From: Octopus sinensis
Taxonomy: Eukaryota
Length of the DNA stretch: 64,000 nucleotides
Direction: 5' to 3'
Assembly: GCF_006345805.1 (NCBI RefSeq)
Contig: NC_043009.1
Location: 64,790,001-64,854,000, forward strand
A program made the position numbers and the translations under genes. Position 1 is the stretch's first letter, and every line of letters starts with the position of its first letter. Positions 53,872 through 64,000 of this stretch are shown here, piece by piece. The notes beneath the pieces were generated by a model. The model was given only the letters and a program-made list of their open reading frames with translations, had not been told where the DNA came from and made no database searches.

Positions 53872-54004
53872 TCTTAGAATTTATATGAAGCATTAAATGA
53901 CTTAGAAAAGAGAAAACAGGTTGTGACATACATAACAGTGTTAAGCAAGGTATACATAAATGAGAGGTAAATATATAAAACAGAGCTTGTATGAAGGGAG
54001 CCAA

Positions 54005-54017
54005 TCAATGTCCATAC
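54005..54017 (-). CDS. RBX1: RING-box protein 1, last coding exon ((K)YGH-stop)
   Basis: Long pyrimidine tract ttttctctttttctcttttcag|G TAT GGA CAT TGA completes the phase-2 Lys codon and gives the canonical RBX1 C-terminus KYGH. Confidence 0.93.
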
Positions 54018-54056
54018 CTGAAAAGAGAAAAAGAGAAAATATTATGATTGCATAGT

Positions 54057-54113
54057 TTAGTATCTTGGTAGAGTCTTAGTATTTTGGTAGAGTCTTAGTA
54101 TTTTGGTAGAGTC
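54057..54113. repeat. 19-bp unit repeated three times in tandem
   Basis: TTAGTAT(C/T)TTGGTAGAGTC three times, ~40 nt upstream of the last RBX1 acceptor. Confidence 0.92.
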
Positions 54114-55223
54114 GTTTTATACACACACACACAAACCATTTTCAATATTTTAATGTCTGTTTTCCGATGCTGATGTAGTTGGATAAGATGCCCTATTTAC
54201 CTTATTGATGTTGTCCAGTACCCTGAGATTTAAACACACAATTCGTTCAAATGTTTTCCTGTTCAACAGGCAACCCTCATCATTCACCATTGTTTTAACA
54301 TCTACTTTTCTATGCCTGCATGGGTCAGAAATAGTTTATTAAAGTCGGATGCCCAACCTGTCACCAACGTTCACCTGTTTCCAAGCATTATGTAATATTT
54401 CCTAATGGCCAGACATGATTCTGCAGATTATTGGAAATGACTGACACTATTTGGGATGCTCATTTGAGACATGCACACACTCACACAGACGACAGGCTTC
54501 TTTCAGTTTCCATCTACAAAATCCACTCACAAGGCTTTGCTTGGCTGGAGGTTATAGAAGAAGACACTTGCCCAAGGTGCTACACAGAAGAACTAAACCC
54601 AAAACCACATGGTAGGAAAGCAAGCTTTTTTCATCCCACAGCCATGCCTACCCCTCAAGAATAAAAGGCAATGTCCTCAGCAAGATTCCAACTCAAAATG
54701 CAGAGAACCAGAATAAATACCACAAGGTATTTTGTCCAGCTTTCTTAACAACTATACCACTTCACAATCCATAATTGACAATATGACTGCTTCATATTTT
54801 CACTGTCTTACTCTCCATTAGCTTAGATACCAAGTGATGCTACTAAAATTAGATATTTTACTGCCTAACAGAATATTGATTTCTAATTTTGGCACAAGGC
54901 CAGCAATTTCTGGAGCAGGGGTAAGTCAATCACATCAATACCTATGCTCAACCTGTACTTATTCTGTCAGCTTTGCTGCTTCACTACATACAAGAATATT
55001 AATCCTTCTTATATCAACGTCCCTGAGACCAAGTTTCTCCTATTTAAATGAAAACCACAATCAAAATACTATTATAATAACTGGTGATTTCAGTGGTTAA
55101 CACTAGATTAATATATACAGGTACACCTCTACTTACAGCGAGTAATTTGTTTCCAAGACACCTGACTTGACTTGAAAAAAATGATGTTACACAAAAAGAC
55201 ATTTTAAATTCAAAAACTTTATT

Positions 55224-55257
55224 TGAGAACCCAATATGGTTCGAAAATCGATTAAGG
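55224..55257 (+). ncRNA. 5'-truncated hammerhead motif (first copy of tandem pair)
   Basis: TGA-GAACC CAATAT GGTTC-GAAA-ATCGAT-TA-AGG; keeps the palindrome AATCGATT and the stem I 3' strand. Confidence 0.65.
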
Positions 55258-55522
55258 TTGTTTGTCATTTTTTTCAGTTTGCAGATAAATTGTTAAAATT
55301 TGCCCAGTTTACAATTATGCCATATGTCACATATTTGTTACATCATACCATGATACTGTGTGAACTAAGATCCCCATTGACAGGCCACTGGTATTTATAG
55401 AGTGTTAAACACTTTCGGTATGAAAATTAGGGACTCTTTCATAGAGTTAACAGCTGCATTTGTTGAGTATATAAACTGTTTGGCTGCTTGTCTCTCTGGA
55501 GACTGTCAGAATGTTGTAGACG

Positions 55523-55563
55523 CCTCTGATGAGAACCCAATAAGGTTCGAAAATCAATTAAGT
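55523..55563 (+). ncRNA. Minimal type I hammerhead motif, intact core (second copy of tandem pair)
   Basis: CCT-CTGATGA-GAACC CAATAA GGTTC-GAAA-ATCAAT-TA^-AG. Confidence 0.78.
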
Positions 55564-55636
55564 TTGTTCATAATTTTTTTTTTCAGTCAGCAGAGAAATT
55601 GCTAAAATTTGCCCTGTTTATAATTATACTATATTT

Positions 55637-55720
<84 letters not shown>

Positions 55721-56988
55721 CAAGGGTTGAACAGAAAGAATACAACAAAGAGAAAAATTAGACAAAAGCAAGATACACAGAAAATTCACAGCAGATTTCC
55801 ACGTCAGTCAATGACCAAGACATCCTTGTGGTTTCATGTTTTTTAACATTGAGACCACTCCATCTTGGCAGTGCCAGAGCATAAAACTTCTGGGAAAAGC
55901 AAACAAATGTATTATATATATATTTGATTTTTCACTTCAGTACTGGTTTCCAGGAATTGTTTTTAATTATTATACTTTTAAACCTTTAGTATTCAAACCA
56001 ACCATATCAGACCCAAATATTCTATCCTTTTTATGATAAAAGCAGCTAGATCTGACCTCTCACACCTATCTGACAATGTCATCCTAAACATCAACAATCA
56101 CACCATTGAAATCTCAGAGCTAAGAGATAATGCATGATTAATTCAAAACAGTGTGAATCAATAATCATTGAAATTGACAGGTTAATCTGAATTCTGTTAA
56201 ATATGTTTACTGAGGCCAACACAAAGTTGGACAAATCGATTGAAGTTGAGGGTTTTTTTTCCCCTTCCTCCTTTATGATGCAGTGTAGTACAGGACATAA
56301 CTCAAAACAATATAAATTGAGGTATGCCTTGTACTACCAATATATAAAGTAACAAGTGTGTCTTACTAACACTCTCCAAAACTTTATTACATTAAAAATT
56401 AATCGCAAACACTTAAGGGCAACCTAAACCAATCAATACAGAAAGTGCAAAGGTTTTAAATCTGACTTTTTATGCAGCCATGGGTACAAAAATAGCAGTG
56501 ATGCTGAAGCTTGTTTTGCAACTGTAGTTTCAGGTTCAATTTCACTGTCATGCCTATTGGGTATGTTTTTTTTTTTAAGCCTTTGTGGGGTTGATCAATG
56601 CTGCCTCGTGAGTGGAATTTTGTAGATGTACATTGCACAGAAACACGCGTGTGTGAATGTTTCACTGATGTAAATAATACTTTTTAAAAAACCTTAATAA
56701 GCCAGTATTTTTTTTTTTAGCAATAGGACAAGGACGTTGCTGTCTTAAATAGATACTATCTCATTACTTTTGTGGTGTCATAAATATACTGAATCAGTGA
56801 TTGGAAGACCAGAAGCCCACAACTAAAAAACGCCATTGTTTACAGAACACAATATATGTAATACAAACGAAAACTAAGTAATACAATCTGCTTTTCTTCT
56901 GTCATTTCATTAGATAGCTTTGCTCTAAGTATTTAGGTGGGGTTTTCTTAATCATGTGACCTATTTAATAGTAGGAAATTGAGACTTG

Positions 56989-57362
56989 CAGCATGGATTT
57001 CTACCTTGAAGATTTTGCCTAACAAATCTTCTCCTTCTTCAAGAGTGGATTACAAGGACCATGGATGAAATGTGGTATTTTTGGACTCTGCAAAGGCATT
57101 TGACTCCATTAATCACCGACTTCTCTTGCACAAACTTCAAGCATTCAAGATTCACCCAGTGGTGACTTCTTGGATTTCTTCTTTCCTGAGCCATCAAACC
57201 TTTCCGGTGCAGATAAATGGAGATCTCTCCATGGAGACGAATGCCTGCAGTAGCGTTCCCCAGGGGTCGGTGCTGGGGCCAATACTTTTCCTTCTCTATA
57301 TCAATGACCTGCCAGACTTCCTTGATGGAAAGGTCCTCCTATTTGCAGACGGCATCAAACTT
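56989..57362 (+). mobile_element. CR1/L2/Jockey-like reverse transcriptase fragment
   Basis: QHGF...CLTNLL, VFLDSAKAFDSINH, VPQGSVLGPILFLLYINDL, LFADGIKL. Confidence 0.88.
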
Positions 57363-57428
57363 GATAAAGTGGCCAGAAAACATTATTCAAATAAGCAAAA
57401 TATATAAGAATAAAAAATAACAGTAAGA

Positions 57429-57486
57429 CTGGCTGACGAGCTTTAAGTGTTGGTTCAGCATAGAAAGTGAAATCAGTTGATACCAG
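57429..57486 (+). ncRNA. Type I hammerhead ribozyme motif, intact core
   Basis: CTGG-CTGACGA-GCTTT..AAAGT (long stem II)-GAAA-TCA GT TGA-TA^-CCAG; stem I CTGG/CCAG, near-palindromic stem III. Confidence 0.8.
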
Positions 57487-57807
57487 AATGTCTATGTTCT
57501 TGTTTGTATTTTACTAGATGGAGGAATGTTTTGCTCAAGGTGCCACACAGTGAAAGTGAACTTTAATTCACCTGGTCAGGAAATAAACTTCTTAACCACA
57601 CTGCACCTAGTAACTCAAACCAACACTCACACACACACATCTGCACACATATACCTGCGCGCACACACGAACACACACCCATACCTGCGCATGCACACAC
57701 ATATACACACACTTGCATGCACACACACACAAACACACCTGCATGCACACACATGTACACACACGCACACACACACATGTAGAGAGAAAGATGTTCTTCA
57801 CCACTTA

Positions 57808-58029
<222 letters not shown>

Positions 58030-58866
58030 TTAGCTCAGACCAGTGAAGGGTGAAATGGGGGGCATGTGGCTTAGTGGTCAGTGTGTTGGACTCATGACTG
58101 TAAGATTGTGGTTTCAATTCCTGGACTGGGTGATGCATTGTATTCTTCAGCTAAGCACTTCATTTCACATCGCTCCAGTTCACTCAGCCAGCAAAAACGA
58201 GTAACTCTGCGATGGACTGGTGACCCATCCTGGAGGGGAATATATACGCCATGAAACCTTAAGAGTTGGCAAAATTCAAGAAGATCACTTTACTTTAGTG
58301 ATGGGCAAACTGCAGCTCATGCGACTTCCTGAGTGGCACACCAAATGAAAAATTACCATCAATTTTTAAATACCTAGTCACCCTCACTAATGAAGAACTA
58401 GTGAATGAACTCCTATATGGATGCTTAACTTGCAAGAAATAACAGCCAAATCTCACTTGAGATTACATCCCTCAATTTTAAGGGAAGGACATGTCAGATA
58501 ATGTAATCCTAGATACAGTATGTCCACCACAAAGTTCAGTTCCTGTTATGGTATGGTGACTTTTATGCCTCAATGACCTTGAAAGCCAATGCCAACTGAG
58601 TGCAGGCTCCATGTAGGACAGATCAAAAGATAGAAGTCAGGCTAATATAGACCACCTCTTCCTAGAGGTAAAAATGGGTTTGTATAGGTCCAACAACCCT
58701 ACCTAGAAAAAGCCAGGTTACAGGGGCATCAGCTACAATTCCAAACCAAGACCTGGGAGAAGGCCTTCCTTCAGGGAAACATATGATGTGGCTGTGCAGC
58801 AAAATCTGAAAGGAGCCAACATCCTGTACTACACGTAAGGCCCTGACCTGGAATCTATAAAGGAGG

Positions 58867-59438
58867 CAACACTGGCGGTGCCTGTGGGACAGAAGAGAGA
58901 TCTCCTCGGTGACCAAAAGGGCGAATCTACTAGGCCATCGTTCGTACTATCCTCCTCTATGGTTGTGAAACATGGCCTATGAGGGTAGTCGATCAGCGAG
59001 GGCTGGAGGTGTTCAACAATGACTGTCTCCACCACATTCTTCGCTGCCGACACATTGATCGGGTTCCTTCAGCCGGTCTTCGTCATCGCCTGAATCTCCG
59101 GCCCCTCCCTTCGGTGCTTCTACAACAGTGCTTAAAGTGGTTCGGTCATGCAGCCCAGTGTCCAGAGGGTGAGCTGGATCGCGATGTCCTCCTCCCACCT
59201 CCACTTCCCAATTAGCGCAAACACACGGGCGGGCAGCTGAAGACCAGGGCAACGACGATAAAGGAGGACCTCTCCGATCTCTCAGGTCCACAGGTGGTCG
59301 GTCTGCACAGATGGAACTGCGAATGGCTCGCTATCTCCAGTGACCTCGCAGAGGACCGTCGAGTGTGGGCCGCCAGGACCAGAGAAGAAGCTGGCTCAAC
59401 CTGCCCTGGATGAACGCTGTCACAAGTACAAGTAAATA
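58867..59438 (+). mobile_element. 5'-truncated RTE-like LINE with 12-bp TSD and (CAAGTA)n tail
   Basis: ILLYGCETWPMR...LKWFGHAAQ...GGQLKT; flanked by CTATAAAGGAGG at 58855-58866 and 59439-59450. Confidence 0.88.
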
Positions 59439-59662
59439 CTATAAAGGAGGTGGAAGAGGGATGCTGAGGTAGAGCTGAAAAAGTAAGGATCCAACTGCAG
59501 AAACACAGAATTGAGAACAGCAGAGAAAAACTGTCAATGACCTATGCTCCACAGGGAGTAAAGGGCCTAAGTAAAAACAATACGCAGTGTGTCATAAAAA
59601 GAAAAAGAATGAAAAACTGAGTAGTTCAAATATATGAGATGGTCATGGCTGGAATGCCTCTA

Positions 59663-59851
<189 letters not shown>

Positions 59852-61420
59852 TTATAAGACAACAAAATAACATCAACAAAAGCTGCTGCTACCACCACCA
59901 CCACCACTACCACTCGGTTGGTTTGATCAAGGCTGACCTTTGGGAGACACAACAATTACAAAGAAAAAATTATTTAATCTACAGGGACACTGAGCCAAAG
60001 CATATTCTGGTTTCAGAGGCATTTAGGGGCAACTAAGAGAACAAGAACATCTCTGAATTGCAGAGGTCTGTTGCTGTTTCTAATCACTTACAGCTGGCTA
60101 CGGGTGCAATGTGAAATAAAATGCCCTGGTCGATATCAGTACCGCCTGACTGGCTCCCATGCCAGAGGCATGTAAAAAGCACCCACTACACTGCTGAGTG
60201 GTTGGTGTTAGAAAGGGCATCCAGCTGTAGGAACCATGCCAGATCAGATTGGAAGCCTGGTGCAGCCTCCTGGCTTGCCGGTCCTCAGTCAAACCATCCA
60301 ATCCATGCCAGCATGGAAAGCTGACGTTAAACGAGGAGCCAAACACCCTAGCTCTATGCTGTGCACACACAATTACTCCTGACACATTGACTCTTTAACA
60401 TTCAAACCAGCCACATGAGGCTAGATCAAACTAGATCAGGCCTCTCACACCTATCGTACAATGTCATTCCGAAAATAAGCAATCACATCATCTAATTTTC
60501 AAAGATCTGAGATAATGCATGATTGATTCTAAAGAATGGGAATAAATTAGCATTATATTTGACAGGAATGCTAGAGGGTTAATGGCCAAGATCATGCCAA
60601 GATTGAGAAATATTGATAGCTGAGACAATGGAACAACGGACAACTAACAGAATGGTTACTGGATCTACCTTGTCACCAAAAACATAACCAGCTTCATAGG
60701 CAACACCTTTAGCACTCAGTGGCATTGTCTGATAAATTCAGTTGTCATCAAAGTGTAGAATGTAACATTTGAGGCCTTGTTTGCGAGAGTAGGGAAAGGA
60801 GAAAAAGTACTTTTGTTACTTAAATTTCATGGAAAGTAAAATAGCCAATGGCCCAGAATACCAAACTGGTTCTAAACAGACAACAAAGGGAAAGAAATGG
60901 CTCTCTACTGAACGCTCTCCTAAGACACAATATTTTGGCTCAGAACTTGGAGTTGAGGCCTTTTCATTATTTTGGTGCACTGAAATATTTACTCTTAAAC
61001 GAGAAAGCATTTATTGAATCTGAAGTGAAAGGAAAATAAAGAATTTGGGATAAATAAAATAAAATTCTGGAACCTAACGACAGACGAAATACGGCTACGC
61101 ATTTCGCCTGGTGTGCTAACGTTTCTGCCAACTCGCCTTATATATATTTATAGTTTTAGGCCGAGTAGGCCCTGCCTAACTTTGCCAATCTGAGAAGACA
61201 CGACACTAAATAAACACAATGGATATGAAGAGTGGTAGAGAGAGATACAAGGGAGACAACTATGAAGTTACTAATCTCAATTGTTATACTCGAAAGCAAC
61301 ATGTTCCACTTAATTAGCTCCGAGTACAATGAGTAGTAAAATATCATATAAGCAGACCCGACTGTATTCTCTTTTTCAAGCACTGTTACATGATAGATAG
61401 CTTTTAAAATGATCCTGCTA

Positions 61421-62597
61421 TCAGGTCATCCCATAAGTTCTGTCCAATTTTACTGTTTTTAAAATTGAATGAAATTTAATACTATTTTAGAATGTCTAAT
61501 GGAATTAAAAATGATTTAAACTAATTAAATATTATTTTACAGAATAATAGAATTAAAAGTTCTTTGATTAAAACCATTTCTAACATGGAAGTATCCAAAG
61601 AGCATGTGTGGCACATAATACTTTATGAGTACAAAAAAGGAAACTCTGTAGCCGAAGCGACTCGAGACATACACTCAGTTTATGGGAAAGAAGGCTTGAA
61701 TGAAAGAACTTGCAGAAGATGGTTTGCAAAATTCAGAAGTGGAGATTTCAACCTTAAAGATGAAGATAGAACAGGACGTCCAGTTGAGTTTGATGATAAG
61801 CTCCTTGAGGCATTACTTGAAGAAAATCCTGCATTATCAGTTGAAGAATTGGGAATAAAGCTTAGTTTAAACCATTCAACTGTTCATCGTCATCTTCAAC
61901 TTTGAAAGGTTTCTAAACTTGGAAAATGGGTGCCTCATGAATTGTCCGAAAGCAACCGCAAATCCCGAGTTGACATCTGCTCCTCTCTCCATTCTCGCGA
62001 ACTCATTTCACCCTTTTTGGATAGACTTGTGACTGGTGACGAAAAATGGATCTTCTATTGAAATGTTAAACATCGTAAACAGTGGCTTGGTAAAAGGGAA
62101 AAGGCTCAACCACAACCAAGAAAGAAACTTCATGGGAAAAAAGGTTCTTCTCTCTATCTGGTGGGATTGCAAAGGAGTAATTCCATTTGAATTGTTACCA
62201 CCTAATGCAACAATCTACTCTCAGCAATTAGAGCGTTTGAACCAAGCTTTGAAGAAAAAAAGACCCACTTTAGTGAATTGAAAAGGAGTGATGTTTCATC
62301 AGGACAATGCGTGACCCCACACTGAAAAGATCACATCACAGAAGATAGAAGAGCTTGGTTGGGAAAAAATTCCTCAACCACCTTATCCTCCCGACCTTGC
62401 TCCTTCAGACTATGTTTCGTAGAATCATTTGGGGGACATAATTTTCACAAGCCAGGATGAGGTTGAAACTGGCATTTCAGAGTTCTTCGCTTTGAAACCA
62501 AGAGTTTTACATTGATGATTAAACTTAAATTAAATATAACATTTGATCACTAGTTTTCTTTATTCGAAATTCGGACAAAACTTATGGGATGACCTGA
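61421..62597 (+). mobile_element. Mariner (Tc1/mariner, DD34D-type) transposon, near full length, inactivated
   Basis: TIRs TCAGGTCATCCCATAAGTT.TGTCC at both ends with flanking TA. Transposase from ATG 61585 (MEVSKEH...WFAKFRSGDF..., WVPHEL, TGDEKW, HQDNA, PDLAPSDY) with frameshifts and stops. Lies in an RBX1 intron. Confidence 0.93.
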
Positions 62598-64000
62598 TAT
62601 AATAGACATGTAGCTACGAAGTTCACTCAACAATGACAAGATTCTGGGATCAAATACACTGCACAGCACCTTCAGTAAGTCACATCTACTCAAGCTGTGG
62701 GTTGACTGAAGTCTTGAAGAGAATTTGGTAGTCAGAATCTGAGCACTGTGTGTGTGTGTAAACATTGTGCGCCTTCATTTCAAAAGGTAACATTTCAAAA
62801 GTCATTTCATAAAACAAGTCTCTGGAGTCCTTACATTCAACTTAAATCCTTGAGAGCAGTTCCAAGTCATGGCTGAAGTCCAATGAGTGAAACCAGCAAA
62901 AGAATAATCGTTTCTCCATAGACTACAGGAATTTATGAATCTAAAGTTTAGTTGTGGGTCCTATTGAACTCTAAAGGACTCTGTGATCTTGACTAATGCC
63001 CCAGTTAAGGTTACAACTAGTCCGTACAAAAACAATGCATGCTCATGTAGAACTAATAGGGGTTGCGGGGAAACAATAGCAGCTACACACACACACAACT
63101 ATTTAGTATAGGTCTGCTTTCCATGTTGGCATGGGTTGGATAATTTGACCAGAGCTGGCAAGGCTGGAGAGCTGCACCAGGCTCCAGTCTGATTTGGCAT
63201 GGTTTCTACAGCTAGATGCCCTTCCTAAAGCCAACACACTTTACAGTGTGGCACCAGCACAAGCGCTTTTAATTGGCACCAACATAAGTGCTTCTCACAA
63301 ATGACAACAACAACACAGGACTCATACAGGCCAACCCGCTTTATCAGGTGGAGTGGCCTTTATACTTCTGCTGTGCAGAATGAGTGTTCTTGAGGACAGC
63401 GAGATGCCAGGTATCTCCTGTGTGCGTGTGTGTGAAGGCACATGGCTTAGTGGTTAAGGTGTTGCATTCATGATTGCAAGATCGTGGGTTCAATTCCCAG
63501 ACCGGGCGTTGCGTTGTGTTCTTGAGCAAAGCACTTCATTTCACATTGCTCTGCAATCATTTCGACACCTGACATGTGGCACATAGTGCATCTGTACAGG
63601 TAATGTCGATCTGATGGAGGGAGTGAGCTTATGTCTACACAAACATTTGATCACTAAAAACAAATCATGTTGTGTGGTTGTTTGGTAAGAAACTGTCGAA
63701 CTCTTATGCATCATCTAACAACAGGAGAGTCCATTTTATACATAGTCAACAGGTAAGATCCTGAGACTTGAACTTACACTCAAATGATTTGAACTCACAC
63801 TCTGAAGAATCCATTGAGGACTAAGTCCCTGGGTTAAAAAAGTGGCAGTAAGAGGAATCCAGGAGAGCTGATATGGAGAGTGATGCAAATAAACATGATG
63901 GGCTTCGTATATAAAATATACATACATATACACATGTAAATATAAAGAAAGAGAAACAAAAACTTAAAATATCCAGAAGAGGAACACTCGTGTAAAAGCT

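Noticed and set aside
63796-63845. CTGAAGA-ATCC ATTGA GGAC-TAAG possible decayed HHR (a similar weak case at 48155-48190 minus)
   Set aside because: Too many core and stem defects, and no second copy to support it

Overview
AT-rich, microsatellite- and transposon-dense animal DNA. The SINE families and (TA)/(TACA)/(CAT) repeats look like an octopus or other coleoid cephalopod genome (inference from recalled repeat families). Two protein-coding genes are supported, both on the minus strand: the first coding exon of GIPC (30105-30440; no further exon found, so 1-30104 is probably one >30 kb intron) and the last three coding exons of RBX1 (59756-59826, 57809-57894, 54005-54017). The rest consists of tRNA-derived SINEs, decayed LINE fragments (RTE, CR1-like, HERO/NeSL-like, R4/Dong-like), a near full-length dead mariner, many MITE/foldback elements and a 5S rRNA pseudogene. 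Most ORF-track entries are microsatellite artefacts. The most notable signal is roughly 18 minimal type-I hammerhead-ribozyme (HHR) motifs, intact or decayed, from about 8-10 unrelated repeat families. Four have complete canonical cores (15823-15883, 44878-44924, 55523-55563, 57429-57486), and most intronic copies are antisense to the host gene. All calls were made by eye; no searches or folding were run.
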